Positions 28,521-38,802 of a stretch of 40,876 nt of DNA are shown in pieces. The notes beneath the pieces were generated by a model. The model saw only the letters and a list, made by a program, of their open reading frames with translations. It was not told where the DNA came from and did no database searches. The position numbers and the translations under genes were made by a program. Numbering within the stretch: the first letter of the stretch is position 1; each line of letters starts with the position of its first letter. This DNA is from a virus: UHGV virus genome UHGV-0428632; one strand, given 5' to 3'.

Positions 28521-30692
28521 TTATTGAGGAATCTCGGCTGCTCTGCCGGAAGGTGAATTTGTTCTCTGCGGTTGCAGGAGGTTGGCGATGTCCATGCGCT
28601 GTGAGTGCTGCTGGCTATCGCCTTTCAGAAGTAGTTCTGCGTTGGCTCGTGCATCGTCACTGTTTTGCTGCTGGTAATTTTGCATGAGTTTGAGGAACTC
28701 CCGGAAAGCAGACTGCTTATCCAGGTCCATATTGTTGAATATCTCTGCGACCTTAGCCGCGTTGAGCTGGTTCTGGCCTTCAGCTTTCGCTGCATCAACC
28801 TGAATCTGCATTTGCTGGTTCTGAGCCTTAATAAGCTCGGCCTGTCCTTGTAACAGAACACCTTGCGCCTGAGTTTGTTCGGGTGAAGGCTCTTTAGGTT
28901 GCTGCTGTGCCTGCTGCACCATCTGAATTTCTTCAGGTGTCTCAGGTTTCTTCAGTCCCATCATGACAAGCTGCTTATTAGCGTACTCACGCATCATCTC
29001 AACGCCTTTGCCGTCGAGTAATGTGAAGTATTGAAGCAGCAACATCTGCCATTCAGGTGTGCCAGGAGGAACTTTAGCGAGCAATTCCTGAATCTCTGCT
29101 CGGTTCTGCTCCTTCATGCTCTGGAATGATGGGCCAGTGTCCGTGTAACACTCATAGCGACCGCGAATGTCGTTAAGCGTTACCACCGTACCAGTCTGGT
29201 AATCGACGGCCTGAGTAAGTAACTGAACCTGTTTCTCAGTGCCATCCTCAAGTGTCATCATCACCTGACGAGGAACGTCATAGATGTCATTCACCATTGA
29301 CTGGTAAATCTCACCATCACGACGCATCGCCGTAGCGAGGTTGTCCTGAAATACGAATGTCTCCAGGTCTGCTCGCATGTTTAGCTGATTGACGGTATCG
29401 AACGCTACTTGACCGTTTGCCGCATCTGCATCAACACCCATTGTTGCGACCTGGCTAACTGAGTTAGTCGCCGCCTCAAGCATGTATGCGTTAGCTTGAG
29501 GAACCTCTGGGTTTTCCATGTACGAGATAGGTTGCACAGGAAGGTCGCCATTGTTCTCGTCGGTGCGGTTGAGCAGATAGTACGGATAGTCATCATTACC
29601 GCCGTACATGTACTCATAGCCTTCAATCTGCTCAGGCCAGAAGATAGGTTTCTTCTTCGGTGTACGAGCAACGATATCGGCGTTGAAAGACATGATCATG
29701 TTGCGCAGACGCTGACCATCTTTAGTCAGCCTGACCACACCTTCATAAACCTCTTTGTCGCCAGCAAATGACCACTCCCCAAATACCGGCACGATAGGGA
29801 TATGCTCACCTGCGATAGGCTCACGGTTTTTCAGGATAGAGGTGCAGGTGATGATTGATTTGTAGACGCGACGGCGCTTAACTTTCTTCTCGGCTACCTT
29901 GACCATGCCTTTATCAGCAAGCTCATCGATGACGTCTTTAATGTCGCGCTGGAAGTAGCTTACCGGCTCACCTGTCAGTGGGTCCTGATAAATGAATACA
30001 GTCTCTTTCTTCTCTTCAACCTCGTAATATTCACCAACATACACAACATCGCTGGTCAGCCACGGGAACAGCCAGTTCATGCCCGGATTCTGGAATGACG
30101 GGATTTCTTCTTCATCAAATCCGTTCTTCTCAGCGAATGCTTTCCATCCGTCACGGCTCATAGCATTAATGACTGTGCAATGCATTGCATCGCTCTTGTC
30201 CATCTGCTTACTGTTGCTGTCCCATACTACGTGAGTGCATGCCTCATGAATGGGAACGCGGCGGATAACCTGATTATTGCTGGTTGGGTCCTGATCTTCA
30301 TATTCTGTAATTAAGCGCCATGCACCGACACCTGCCTCAATCTGCTCACGAACAGCAATATTCACAGATATCTTCGCGGTGTTATGACGCATGTCGGTGC
30401 GGTACATGCCCATCAGCACATCAGCACTGTTAGGGTCTGCGCCATCCTTTGGCCTGAATAGTACGTCGATAGGGTTGCGGCGCATCTCGGCAACGAGTTT
30501 ACGCACAACTGGGCGCACTACATCAAACTGACCACGGTATTGCAGGGTTGTGTATTCTGATAACCAGTCATCCCACTGCGACACCCGGCTAAAGTACAGG
30601 TCGTTTGTCGCTTCGGTTCTGGCTTCGTCGCTCGCCATCCAGTCTGCGTCGAATTTACACAGGATGGAATTGAGTCGTTCATTGTCGGCCAT
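28521..30692 (-). CDS. gp1: Portal protein, P22 gp1-like
   Basis: 723 aa, colinear and highly similar to the P22 portal ([59 protein letters not shown]…). Confidence 0.95.
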   Translation of the reverse strand: MADNERLNSILCKFDADWMASDEARTEATNDLYFSRVSQWDDWLSEYTTLQYRGQFDVVRPVVRKLVAEMRRNPIDVLFRPKDGADPNSADVLMGMYRTDMRHNTAKISVNIAVREQIEAGVGAWRLITEYEDQDPTSNNQVIRRVPIHEACTHVVWDSNSKQMDKSDAMHCTVINAMSRDGWKAFAEKNGFDEEEIPSFQNPGMNWLFPWLTSDVVYVGEYYEVEEKKETVFIYQDPLTGEPVSYFQRDIKDVIDELADKGMVKVAEKKVKRRRVYKSIITCTSILKNREPIAGEHIPIVPVFGEWSFAGDKEVYEGVVRLTKDGQRLRNMIMSFNADIVARTPKKKPIFWPEQIEGYEYMYGGNDDYPYYLLNRTDENNGDLPVQPISYMENPEVPQANAYMLEAATNSVSQVATMGVDADAANGQVAFDTVNQLNMRADLETFVFQDNLATAMRRDGEIYQSMVNDIYDVPRQVMMTLEDGTEKQVQLLTQAVDYQTGTVVTLNDIRGRYECYTDTGPSFQSMKEQNRAEIQELLAKVPPGTPEWQMLLLQYFTLLDGKGVEMMREYANKQLVMMGLKKPETPEEIQMVQQAQQQPKEPSPEQTQAQGVLLQGQAELIKAQNQQMQIQVDAAKAEGQNQLNAAKVAEIFNNMDLDKQSAFREFLKLMQNYQQQNSDDARANAELLLKGDSQQHSQRMDIANLLQPQRTNSPSGRAAEIPQ

Positions 30693-32191
30693 TATCTTCT
30701 CCGTGCGACTGGTTTAATTGGGGCCGGTATTTTCTTTTCTCTTGGCGTTTTAATGTCACGCATCATCTTCGCGAATCGGCGCATCATGTAGCCATATCGA
30801 ACAGCAGAAAGAACGTCATCGTTCAGTTTGACGATCTTGCCGTTTTCATCTCGGTGATAGAGACGGAACTCTTCAAAGAATGGTTCGCAGGTGTTGAAGA
30901 CCTTAAATCGACCATCAAGCATCAGGTCTCTAAGCTCGTTGATTCCTGGCTCTACAGCATTACCACCATCAGGCCATGTTGCGTGGTCTGACAGCATCAT
31001 GAATCCAGCATCTGCATATTGTTGCTTGAGCTGCTCGCCTCCACCCTTTTCGTGCTGATGTCCATCATGAGGCCATGCAGTAGGAACTTTGTTTGCCCAC
31101 GGCTTTACCGCTCCCCATGCCTGAACTGCAGTTTGCTCTTTCTTTTTCCATGTTCTGGCTAAATAAAAGGTATCTGCGTCTTTATCCCACCACAGCTGTA
31201 TCTGTGCCTGCGGGTGGTCCCAACCAAAGTCCATCGCGTTAATAACGTAGAAGTGATCTGGGCACTCAAATGGCTGGCACTTAATGGTCTCTTCCGGTAT
31301 CTGGAAGATTCGACCACTTCCCATGGTTGGAATACCACGAGCGCGAGCTTCACGTTCATGCTCTGGGTATGATGCGACGATCTGCTCTTTCTGTTCGTCG
31401 CTGTAGTGGTCAGCGTCAAAGATTGTCATAGTGACAACCTTCTGCGCCTTGCTCGGGTTTTTAAGGAATTTGGTAACGACGTCCGACATGCCCATCAGTG
31501 GGGTAAATGTCAGCATTGAGAACTGGCCGTATTTGTTGGTACGGGTTAGGCCTTCACCGTAGATGCTGTAAGGTGGTTCTTCATCGAACCAAACACCGTG
31601 AATTGTGTCACCCTGCCAGCGCGCGCGTCCTTGTGAGTACGGCTTGAAGTAGCAGATTGATATGCCGTCTTCTACACCATCAGCGTTGTGGTGCTTAACC
31701 AGAAGGTGATCGACGAGGTTCGGGAAGAATGGAGACTTCTTCCAACTGATGATGTCCTCTTTCGGGATTGACCCGTAGCCAGGCTCGTCATTCTCTTCGA
31801 TACGACCGCAAAGGATGCGCTGTGTCGTCTTCGTTACGGTTTCGTTAGTCTCGCCACCTACCCAGAACACTACAGGCTCATAGAAGCGTTTTCCGCCCCA
31901 AGTTTCGCCGTATGCGCCATCACTCGGATAACCTTTTGTTCCGGGATAACGCCCGGTGAGATGGAAGGCCACCTCTGCGCCGCCAGTGTATGATTTACCC
32001 AACTGGTTACCAGCCATGAAGCAACGTTCTGGATAATCAGAACCAGCCTCAATGAATTCACGTTGCTTGCCATAAGGTGAGAACTCATACAGCAGGTGCG
32101 TTTCCCGGTACCGCTCCTCTTCCTCCAGAAGCTCAAGCAATTCGATTTGCTCGTCTTCCGTCAGGTCATCAAGTATCGCTGCGTTTTCCAC
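30692..32191 (-). CDS. gp2: Terminase large subunit, P22 gp2-like
   Basis: 499 aa, the same length as P22 gp2. ATPase and nuclease domains. Confidence 0.95.
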   Translation of the reverse strand: MENAAILDDLTEDEQIELLELLEEEERYRETHLLYEFSPYGKQREFIEAGSDYPERCFMAGNQLGKSYTGGAEVAFHLTGRYPGTKGYPSDGAYGETWGGKRFYEPVVFWVGGETNETVTKTTQRILCGRIEENDEPGYGSIPKEDIISWKKSPFFPNLVDHLLVKHHNADGVEDGISICYFKPYSQGRARWQGDTIHGVWFDEEPPYSIYGEGLTRTNKYGQFSMLTFTPLMGMSDVVTKFLKNPSKAQKVVTMTIFDADHYSDEQKEQIVASYPEHEREARARGIPTMGSGRIFQIPEETIKCQPFECPDHFYVINAMDFGWDHPQAQIQLWWDKDADTFYLARTWKKKEQTAVQAWGAVKPWANKVPTAWPHDGHQHEKGGGEQLKQQYADAGFMMLSDHATWPDGGNAVEPGINELRDLMLDGRFKVFNTCEPFFEEFRLYHRDENGKIVKLNDDVLSAVRYGYMMRRFAKMMRDIKTPREKKIPAPIKPVARRR

Positions 32192-32657
32192 GACTGAGTA
32201 ACTCCTGAATACGAGAGCGCCGCTTATCGCGATCTCCCTTGTCAGGTGTCACGTCTTCAACTTGCGACTGCTCTTTGAGGCCCAGGTCACGGGCGATGAT
32301 GTTGGCGTTAAGAAGGTCTGCTGCTGCGCCGGAAAACTTCTGGTCGTAGATGATTTGCTCTGCTCGCGTAACGACCTCAGATAAATCTTCTCGCAGTCGA
32401 TACGTGCGCCATGTTTCAAGCGTCACATCGAGAAAAAGAGTTAATCCTGTAATGGTCATAGCTCGCATCTTGGCGATAGGCTCTTGCGTTACTTCACCCT
32501 GATACGAGAATGCTTTCATCTCCCAGAGCGGATGATCTTCCACCCATTGGAAGTATTCGCAGCAGGCAGCCCACAGCACCTCAGGTGATTCGAACTTTGG
32601 GCTGCGCCCATGACTACTGCGGGCCTCCCAGAATCGGTTACCCTTTGGTGCTGCCAT
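32169..32657 (-). CDS. Terminase small subunit (putative)
   Basis: 162 aa from [22 protein letters not shown]-7nt-ATG. Immediately upstream of, and overlapping, terL. Confidence 0.6.
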   Translation of the reverse strand: MAAPKGNRFWEARSSHGRSPKFESPEVLWAACCEYFQWVEDHPLWEMKAFSYQGEVTQEPIAKMRAMTITGLTLFLDVTLETWRTYRLREDLSEVVTRAEQIIYDQKFSGAAADLLNANIIARDLGLKEQSQVEDVTPDKGDRDKRRSRIQELLSRGKRSDT

Positions 32658-32712
32658 ATCTATTTCCTCGTTAATCATTATCAAGCCCACCCGAAGATGA
32701 GCTTTGTAATGT

Positions 32713-33324
32713 TTACGCTGTTACGCCTGATGCTTTCACTGCTGCCAGCAATGCGTTGTATTTGGCTGACAGTGTTGCAATGTCATTCTTCAGTGCAGTG
32801 ATAGATGCGTTGGTAGATGTCAGTGACGCAGCGGTAGTATCGGTAGTCGCTGCTGTAGCAGCTGGCACCGCTGGTACAGTGTTACCGCCTGAAGTACCAC
32901 CGGATGAGTCTGTGATGGCTGTGATTGCCGCCTGCTGGAGCACACCACCGCGTTCTGTAGTCGTTGGCACCTTGTTGCCGGCCATCGCTGTAGTTGCAGT
33001 GGTTCCGATGGTTGGTGCAAATGTTGACGGTTTGCCTGTTACTGAACCCCACGCGATAGGAGTGCTTGTTGCAGTGTACTGAGCTTCGAACGTTGTTTTG
33101 CTCATGTACAGCAGTTCGCCGTACTGACTCTGGAATACGTAACCACCAACAACAGGCTTGAAGGTGGACATGAAGAGCGCAGACAGATACTGGTCTGGGT
33201 ATGGTCCGTCAAATTCTGCTAATGCTGAGCCGTCCACAGCCTGTGTCAGGGTCTTAATCGGTAAGCCACGAACAAATGCGCCACTGGCATCTGAGTATGT
33301 AGGCCATGGTTGGGTGATCATCAT
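32713..33324 (-). CDS. P22 Orf201-like hypothetical protein with Thr/Ala-rich low-complexity tract and C-terminal coiled coil
   Basis: 203 aa. Sits between the lysis genes and terS, as orf201 does in P22 (by recollection). Confidence 0.5.
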   Translation of the reverse strand: MMITQPWPTYSDASGAFVRGLPIKTLTQAVDGSALAEFDGPYPDQYLSALFMSTFKPVVGGYVFQSQYGELLYMSKTTFEAQYTATSTPIAWGSVTGKPSTFAPTIGTTATTAMAGNKVPTTTERGGVLQQAAITAITDSSGGTSGGNTVPAVPAATAATTDTTAASLTSTNASITALKNDIATLSAKYNALLAAVKASGVTA

Positions 33325-33464
33325 TTAGCTCCTTTCTTGGGTTTCTTTTTGCCAGCCTTGTTCATGGCAATTGCGATAGCCTGGTCTTTAGGTTTGCCGG
33401 CTTTCATCTCGGTAGCGATGTTCTCGCTGATAACCTTCTTAGACTTACCTTTCTTCAGTGGCAT
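33321..33464 (-). CDS. Possible small Lys-rich protein (47 aa)
   Basis: [47 protein letters not shown]. Start 1 nt after the upstream stop. ATGA overlap with the downstream gene. Confidence 0.3.
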   Translation of the reverse strand: MPLKKGKSKKVISENIATEMKAGKPKDQAIAIAMNKAGKKKPKKGAK

Positions 33465-33465
33465 G

Positions 33466-33708
33466 TCAGACTCCAGTAATGAACAGGTCGAGAACTTCTT
33501 TGGCTTCACGAATCGCCTTTTCAGTTTTAGCTAGCGCAGTAGGCTCATTGGCTGTCTTGGCATATGCATCTTTGAAAAGCTCAAAGTTCAGCTCGTTGCC
33601 GGATATAAACTCAATGGCCTTTTCGGTAGCGGCTGAGTCATTCATCACCAGGCGGTAAACTTCGAGCTTCAGTTTCTGTGCATCTGTCATTTGGGTAATG
33701 TCTGCCAT
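33466..33708 (-). CDS. P22 Orf80-like hypothetical protein
   Basis: 80 aa. Positional homologue of P22 orf80. Confidence 0.45.
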   Translation of the reverse strand: MADITQMTDAQKLKLEVYRLVMNDSAATEKAIEFISGNELNFELFKDAYAKTANEPTALAKTEKAIREAKEVLDLFITGV

Positions 33709-33748
33709 TGTTGGCTCCGTTTATCCGTTGTAGAGGATATTGAATGCT

Positions 33749-33952
33749 TTATCCCTTGGCGGGGATAAACGATAGAATCAGGATGATTGATGAGGCTGCC
33801 AGTGTGATGACAGATGCGAGTGCAAACACGTAATGCACGAAGGTGATTAATCTGTCTTTGGCTGAGCGTTTTGGTAGCGGATGATTCAGTAGATCATCGC
33901 GGATACGTGACATCCCGTATAGCAGCGTTATTTCACGCTCTCGTTTTCGCAT
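33749..33952 (-). CDS. Possible small membrane protein
   Basis: Hydrophobic C-terminal segment VFALASVITLAASSIILILSF. Weak start evidence. Confidence 0.3.
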   Translation of the reverse strand: MRKREREITLLYGMSRIRDDLLNHPLPKRSAKDRLITFVHYVFALASVITLAASSIILILSFIPAKG

Positions 33953-34161
33953 AATGAATCCCACTTGTCGTTGTGGGCGTTGATCGCCTTCACTGTCCTT
34001 GCATCCATCAATTCAGGGTCTTTTCCGTGAGTGATAATAGGTCCGAATGCTGTGCAGGCTGAATCAACGTTGATGTACTTAATCGTTGGAGTGGTACTTT
34101 GATTTCCGCATGCGGTCACGAGCAGCGTCATCAGAAAGAGACTGATTCGTTTGATCTGCAT
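33928..34161 (-). CDS. Outer-membrane spanin (Rz1-like lipoprotein), overlapping the i-spanin gene in the +1 frame
   Basis: 77 aa from MQIKRISLFLMTLLVTAC. Lipobox LVTAC. Confidence 0.55.
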   Translation of the reverse strand: MQIKRISLFLMTLLVTACGNQSTTPTIKYINVDSACTAFGPIITHGKDPELMDARTVKAINAHNDKWDSLCENESVK

Positions 34162-34366
34162 CTTTGGAAACCTTAATGATTGAGGCTTGCTTATCACTGG
34201 CGGCTTGAGACTGCTTAACAGACTGGTTAGCTGATTCAACATCAGCCTTTGCCTTGGCCTCTGTTGTGCCTTTGCTCTTTCCAGTGAACCACGCAGCCAG
34301 AACAGCAACGATAATTCCGACAATGCCAAAGATGTATTGCCAGCCCGAGGCGATGAGGTTGGTCAT
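34079..34366 (-). CDS. Inner-membrane spanin (Rz-like)
   Basis: 95 aa. N-terminal TM (IFGIVGIIVAVLAAWF) followed by a charged, coiled periplasmic segment. Contains the overlapping o-spanin start. Confidence 0.55.
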   Translation of the reverse strand: MTNLIASGWQYIFGIVGIIVAVLAAWFTGKSKGTTEAKAKADVESANQSVKQSQAASDKQASIIKVSKDADQTNQSLSDDAARDRMRKSKYHSND

Positions 34367-34593
34367 TTTCCATCCCCTTTATCCTTTGGTGGCTTCTGTA
34401 AGGTCATCCTGGATAGAACTCCTACTACCATCAGGACAATCGCACCAACTCGCATCCAGCTTGAGGGGATTTCAGCTTTCCATTCTGGTGGTAGCTCAAA
34501 CCAGATAGTCGGCAGAGCACCAAGCGCCAGAATCACCTTTGTTGAATTCCATCTCCACCAGTGACGCCAGTCATCAACAAGTCGAAGTTTCAT
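34363..34593 (-). CDS. Two-TM membrane protein wedged between endolysin and spanins (possible second holin or antiholin-like protein)
   Basis: 76 aa. ATGA coupling to the endolysin stop and to the Rz start. Confidence 0.45.
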   Translation of the reverse strand: MKLRLVDDWRHWWRWNSTKVILALGALPTIWFELPPEWKAEIPSSWMRVGAIVLMVVGVLSRMTLQKPPKDKGDGK

Positions 34594-35057
34594 AGCAGCC
34601 CCGCATATGCAGTCATATCACCAGAGCGCATCACCTCAGCATGACGTTTAGCGCGATTGGGTGTTTGCTTTGCCCACAGGCTTGATAGCATTCCGTTGGC
34701 TGCGCCTGCAAAGTTTCCTGCCGCTACCATTGCGAGCGTATTTTTGAATCCTGCCAGTCCGTTAACACCCATCTGGTAGGCCATGCTTATCAGGATGTCT
34801 CTGCGTGCCGGGTTACAGGATTTCATTGCAGCAACAATGGAGGGATTGGAGTTCATCTTGCTGATCGTGGTTTTGACGAATGACTCAAGCCATGCGTCGC
34901 CGACATCTCGCGGAACGGTGAAAGTGTAATTGCTTAACGAAGCGCCCTTAGGGCCAATCTTGATACCGCAAGCCACTGTCGGATAGCCTTCGGTATCAAT
35001 GTAAGGTTTCTCACTATAACCCTCTTCGTAGTTAAGCAGGGGGATTATTTGACTCAT
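34590..35057 (-). CDS. Endolysin, T4-lysozyme-type muramidase (GH24)
   Basis: 155 aa from MSQIIPLLNYEEGYSEKPYIDTEGYPT (E11-x8-D-x5-T catalytic triad spacing). RBS GGAGA-8nt-ATG. Confidence 0.8.
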   Translation of the reverse strand: MSQIIPLLNYEEGYSEKPYIDTEGYPTVACGIKIGPKGASLSNYTFTVPRDVGDAWLESFVKTTISKMNSNPSIVAAMKSCNPARRDILISMAYQMGVNGLAGFKNTLAMVAAGNFAGAANGMLSSLWAKQTPNRAKRHAEVMRSGDMTAYAGLL

Positions 35058-35268
35058 TGCGCCGGTCTCCGAACTGCATCCGTAGCGCGTTTTCTTCTCG
35101 GCGATCTCGTTTTCGCTGGTAATGGAGATTAATGGCGAAAGTAAAGACTGCCAGAACGAAACCGCCGAGAGCCAGCCATTCATTTAATGACATACTCCCC
35201 GCCAGAAAGGTTGCCCCAGATGTGGTGTAAGCAGCGGCAGTAGTTACTTTGTCTGCCATATTTTTCAT
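35032..35268 (-). CDS. Class II holin (phage 21 S-like topology)
   Basis: 78 aa. Two TM segments and a charged C-terminus (…HYQRKRDRREENALR) like S21. The stop overlaps the endolysin start by about 25 nt. Confidence 0.65.
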   Translation of the reverse strand: MKNMADKVTTAAAYTTSGATFLAGSMSLNEWLALGGFVLAVFTFAINLHYQRKRDRREENALRMQFGDRRNESNNPPA

Positions 35269-35609
35269 TCCAACCTCCAGAACATCAGGAGGATTTGTTC
35301 GTAATTAAGAAAAGGTTGATGTATTTGAGAACAAATCCAGGATACATTTTCGGTGTCGTGGTTTGTTCGTGAGTAAACGCATGAGCAAATCAGGCAAGAG
35401 GCTGTTAGCGCAGTCTCTTGCCACCCATCTTCACGAAGCCCGCCATTGAGCGGGTTTTCTTTTGTGTAAAACGTCCTACCCCGTCGCCACGAATGTGCAA
35501 GGGTATCTGGATGTGTTCTGGTGATTGGTGATAGGACGCTTTCAGAAAGGTCGTGCTGAGTGCGCCTTTCGACGCAATCGAACGCAGCATGTACGCATGG
35601 TACATCCGC

Positions 35610-35636
35610 AAATAAAAAAGGCCGCCTTAGCGACCT
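35610..35636 (-). terminator. Intrinsic terminator after the DUF551 gene
   Basis: Minus strand AGGTCGC-taag-GCGGCCT followed by TTTTTTATTT. Confidence 0.45.
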
Positions 35637-35652
35637 CTTGTTTTATTCAGAT

Positions 35653-35937
35653 TTAATCATCAGGGTAAATCAGCGGCATCCAGTGAGTGACCTTGGTAGC
35701 CCCAGAGTCGATAAATGCTTGCGTCCTTTGCCAATAACCGCCCATACATGCCAGCCTGAACACATCTCCAGAATCACTAAGCGCTATAACATCTTTCGAC
35801 CACTTGCCATCCAGATTCTCTGGAGTGCGCTCTTCAACGCTTATCCAGTCACTCATAACAACCTCGTCTAGTTGCTCGTCAATGTTCGCTATGGCAGGCA
35901 GTGACGATACTGCTTTTCGACTGGCCGGTCTAGCCAT
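35653..35937 (-). CDS. DUF551-domain protein
   Basis: 94 aa. …WISVEERTPE…VTHWMPL… matches the C-terminus of 10420..11049. Confidence 0.55.
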   Translation of the reverse strand: MARPASRKAVSSLPAIANIDEQLDEVVMSDWISVEERTPENLDGKWSKDVIALSDSGDVFRLACMGGYWQRTQAFIDSGATKVTHWMPLIYPDD

Positions 35938-35942
35938 AGCTT

Positions 35943-35979
35943 AAACGCAAAAAGCCCCAAGGCGTGAACCTAAGGGCTT
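35943..35979 (-). terminator. tR'-like intrinsic terminator downstream of Q (end of a putative short late leader RNA)
   Basis: Minus strand AAGCCC-16nt-GGGCTT followed by TTTTGCGTTT. Lies within the Q-to-late-genes intergenic region. Confidence 0.5.
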
Positions 35980-36078
35980 ATTTGTTTGGCTGCTCTGTTC
36001 GCTTTTGCTCCGAGCATACACAAAATGTACTACTTCCATTTCGCGTTAGCAAGTTATTTAGGACAAATCACCTAAATA

Positions 36079-36690
36079 TTATGCCACCTGTGGAAATTCC
36101 TTCTCAATTTCGCGCCTCATCGCATAAAAGATTTCCGAATCGAGAACATTTTCGCACCAGACAACCCTTCGCCTGCATGACTGGATATCCATTCCGGTGA
36201 CTGCATTAATCAGCCTGGCGATATCTTGCGTGCAATTGCGATTGCAATATCGCTTAATAGCTACATCGCGGACGGGGCTTTCACGGTGAAACGTCTTGAC
36301 CATCACACGTTCAACGAAAGCAGCATCATCGGATTCTTTGGCGAGAGCGATGATGTTGCTTAACGATGATTGAGGGATGACCAGTTCGCGAGCTTTCTTA
36401 TAGAGTGCATCTCCACGCAGTCCATCTTCTTCGTACAGGCGCATGACGACAGACTCAATCTGCTTAGCTTTGTCATCACTCCACTGGCTACGAATCATCA
36501 GGCGACCGATAACGTTGATTGCACCACCAGGGGAATCATCACCGGCGTTAACCTTGCCCCATACCTGCAGCATGTAGTGAACCCATGCTTTCTGGCGAGG
36601 GTTGATGGTTTTCTTTGGGTGCTTCCATACGCGGCGGAAATGAGCATCGTCGATGAAGTTGACCATGCCGAATATCGGTGTGTGTTTCAT
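36079..36690 (-). CDS. Late-gene antiterminator Q-like protein (assigned by position)
   Basis: 203 aa. Last gene of the PR/nin operon, followed by 140 bp of noncoding sequence with a terminator, then late genes. No sequence-level recognition. Confidence 0.45.
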   Translation of the reverse strand: MKHTPIFGMVNFIDDAHFRRVWKHPKKTINPRQKAWVHYMLQVWGKVNAGDDSPGGAINVIGRLMIRSQWSDDKAKQIESVVMRLYEEDGLRGDALYKKARELVIPQSSLSNIIALAKESDDAAFVERVMVKTFHRESPVRDVAIKRYCNRNCTQDIARLINAVTGMDIQSCRRRVVWCENVLDSEIFYAMRREIEKEFPQVA

Positions 36691-37052
36691 GGTTGAACTA
36701 CCTCTGGATATTTCTCAAACCAGAACACAATTGGCTCGGGCTTCATCTCAACTAGACCCATGCGAACCAGCGCTTTTCCCTTACCTGAACACAGGAACTC
36801 TCTGCGACCATCGTCGATAATGCGTCGGTAATCTTCCAGGCTGTTACAGTGCTTATGCAGGTTGCATGGGTGACAGGCTGGAACAAGATTTGCAATATCA
36901 TCTCGATCATGGTGAAGCATCTGTCCATCAAAACGAATCACTGGTTTAACGTGGTCGGCGTGCCATTTATCGCCAAGTTCGCAGCCACAGTAAGCGCAGC
37001 GGCCTCCGAACTTCATGCGTAATTCTGCACGCTGCTGTTTGCTAAGTTTCAT
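36687..37052 (-). CDS. HNH endonuclease-family protein
   Basis: 121 aa. C-x2-C…HADHVKP…C-x2-C-N spacing (CAYCG…WHADHV…ACHPCN). Confidence 0.6.
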   Translation of the reverse strand: MKLSKQQRAELRMKFGGRCAYCGCELGDKWHADHVKPVIRFDGQMLHHDRDDIANLVPACHPCNLHKHCNSLEDYRRIIDDGRREFLCSGKGKALVRMGLVEMKPEPIVFWFEKYPEVVQP

Positions 37053-37231
37053 GCTGCGTCACCTCCGGTTGGCTTATTCGTACCCAGCCGGTTACGCACT
37101 TCCCGCAGCTGCTCGCGCACATACTCAAGACTGCGCTCAAGCTCCTGTTCTTTGCCAATCAGCACATGCTCGGCATGCATATCTCGCTGACGCTGCCATT
37201 TGACTTGCTGGATGTTAGTTACTGAGCACAT
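37049..37231 (-). CDS. Hypothetical small coiled-coil protein
   Basis: 60 aa. Overlapping stop/start with its neighbours. Confidence 0.35.
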   Translation of the reverse strand: MCSVTNIQQVKWQRQRDMHAEHVLIGKEQELERSLEYVREQLREVRNRLGTNKPTGGDAA

Positions 37232-37416
37232 GTTTTACCTCGACCGCCTTGATGAACCATGAGAACGCCGTTAACGATGGCGTGGTGTTGAGCTTTGGTG
37301 TCTCGTGAATATCTGAGGATGGTGTTTCTACTGCATGCTAATTGCCTCGCTGCTTCTGACTGATTCCCGCGTACTTCTACGAGAATGTCAGGGATGGTTT
37401 TGATAGAGGGTGTCAT
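37219..37416 (-). CDS. ninH: NinH-like protein
   Basis: 65 aa from MTPSIKTIPDILVEVRGNQSEAARQLACSRNTILRY…HAIVNGVLMVHQG, resembling lambda NinH. Confidence 0.65.
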   Translation of the reverse strand: MTPSIKTIPDILVEVRGNQSEAARQLACSRNTILRYSRDTKAQHHAIVNGVLMVHQGGRGKTCAQ

Positions 37417-37808
37417 GCGGCCTCCAGTAGTTCGGTAATCATTGGCAAGCTCCCGCACGTCTCAGTAACTACCAGCACAAGCATTCCGCCTTTAATCGCC
37501 TGACAGCGCTTGATGCGCATATCGTCTATCTGGCCGTCATCCAGCCAGAAGCCCGCACTTGTGAGTGCGTCAAAAACGGCTTTGGGCAGATTGTCCAAAT
37601 CTCGTTTGCGGTTATCAGGAGGTGCTGCGTGGATGGTGATTCTGATGCGAGGTGTGATTTTGATGTCTAACTGTTGTTGCTGGATTATTTCTATTACTTC
37701 TTTTCGGTATCTCTTTCCCCAATCGCTGATGTAGTGGATACCTCGTGAGTGTCGCCAGTACCGGTTATTGGATGGCGGCCAGGGTAGCTGTAACAGGTAT
37801 CTATTCAT
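37413..37808 (-). CDS. rusA: Holliday-junction resolvase RusA
   Basis: 131 aa. LPWPPSNNRYWRH… and …RDLDNLPKAVFDALT… are RusA signature motifs. Confidence 0.9.
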   Translation of the reverse strand: MNRYLLQLPWPPSNNRYWRHSRGIHYISDWGKRYRKEVIEIIQQQQLDIKITPRIRITIHAAPPDNRKRDLDNLPKAVFDALTSAGFWLDDGQIDDMRIKRCQAIKGGMLVLVVTETCGSLPMITELLEAA

Positions 37809-38086
37809 CTGACCGATAACCTCCCTCCGTTCGCCAGCTGCTTAAGCGTAAGGACAATGGCTCTATCCATCTCTGCCCTGCGCTCTTCCCTGTTCATATC
37901 CTTGCCGTTATCTATGCGCGTATGGCATTGCTCGCATAGCGCAGCTGTCAGGCAGTCATCTACCTTCATCCCTATTCCCTTCCCTTCGTTACGGTGTGCT
38001 GCCTGAACTCCATAGCGACCACACAGAACGCAGCAATCTATCTCCCTGACTGCCTGAAGCCATTTATTGCTCCGGTATATTGCCAT
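37805..38086 (-). CDS. YbcO-like (DUF1364) putative nuclease
   Basis: 93 aa from MAIYRSNKWLQAVREIDCCVLCG…HR…CEQCH. Cys/His-rich. Confidence 0.45.
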   Translation of the reverse strand: MAIYRSNKWLQAVREIDCCVLCGRYGVQAAHRNEGKGIGMKVDDCLTAALCEQCHTRIDNGKDMNREERRAEMDRAIVLTLKQLANGGRLSVR

Positions 38087-38246
38087 CTGAGATATCTCCG
38101 TTCGGATCACGATAAATTAGCCATTCATCCACGCACTCTGAACACGCGTATGTTTCCTCTGGCATAAGCTCCTTCGTGCAGCCTGCGCACAACGTTCGAC
38201 GTATGCTCTGCCTCTCGTAGGATTGGGCTTCTGATTGGCTAAGCAT
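38064..38246 (-). CDS. ninF: NinF-like zinc-ribbon protein
   Basis: 60 aa. …ERQSIRRTLCAGCTKEL…CSEC… resembles lambda NinF (…ERALTCANCGQKL…CEHC…). Confidence 0.6.
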   Translation of the reverse strand: MLSQSEAQSYERQSIRRTLCAGCTKELMPEETYACSECVDEWLIYRDPNGDISDGNIPEQ

Positions 38247-38610
38247 GTTTGGCGTCCTGCATCATGAGGAAGACAATCATTGCAGCGCGTAGTGGGTTTC
38301 CGTGGTAGAACTCCACGCTCTCATGTCCGTACTGAATAAACTGAGCCTCGCAAGCCATTCCTTCAGCACCAAATCTGATGTTTATTTTGTTGTCGACAAT
38401 AATCGGCCATGCGTCTGCTGCGTTGTTGCAGTAGTCCAGAGTGATCCAACCAATATCTCCATCAGGTATTTTTATTGCGCTACCAATATCTGCAGACAAA
38501 TAACAATCACATGCTGTTCTATCATCGCCGTGCAATCCATCAATAGCGCGGGCCACTAGGCGATTAATTTCAAAATCTGATAACTGTGAATAGTCCATGT
38601 TTAGCTCCAC
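38239..38610 (-). CDS. Hypothetical nin-region protein (NinX-like?)
   Basis: 123 aa. Overlapping stop/start coupling. Confidence 0.45.
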   Translation of the reverse strand: MELNMDYSQLSDFEINRLVARAIDGLHGDDRTACDCYLSADIGSAIKIPDGDIGWITLDYCNNAADAWPIIVDNKINIRFGAEGMACEAQFIQYGHESVEFYHGNPLRAAMIVFLMMQDAKHA

Positions 38611-38801
38611 ATTCTCTGTTGATACTGACTTCTACCTTTTGGCTCGCTGGCGTATTCTGGAAGCAAGGCGGATACCACCCATAATCGAGGGTCAGCGCTT
38701 AGCGTTCGTTGAGTTTTTACGTTGCGGGATTGGTAGGCAGTGATTAACTGAGTTGCTTCTTCGTTGGTAAGGTCGTGATGGTAAAACCATGTCATCTTCA
38801 T
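38601..38801 (-). CDS. Hypothetical small protein
   Basis: 66 aa from MKMTWFYHHDL. Start abuts the ninB stop. Confidence 0.4.
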   Translation of the reverse strand: MKMTWFYHHDLTNEEATQLITAYQSRNVKTQRTLSADPRLWVVSALLPEYASEPKGRSQYQQRMWS

Positions 38802-38802
38802 A

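Noticed and set aside
34590-35183. Long form of the endolysin (197 aa) with a hydrophobic N-terminus (a possible SAR domain matching an S21-type pinholin)
   Set aside because: The extension overlaps the holin by 150 nt in another frame and has a weak, distant RBS. With the start at 35057 the catalytic Glu/Asp/Thr land at positions 11/21/27, exactly T4-lysozyme spacing, behind a good GGAGA RBS. The short soluble form is preferred, though the SAR alternative is not excluded.
35405-35611. 68-aa minus ORF in the holin leader
   Set aside because: No RBS. It spans two terminator hairpins. The region is more likely regulatory or noncoding.
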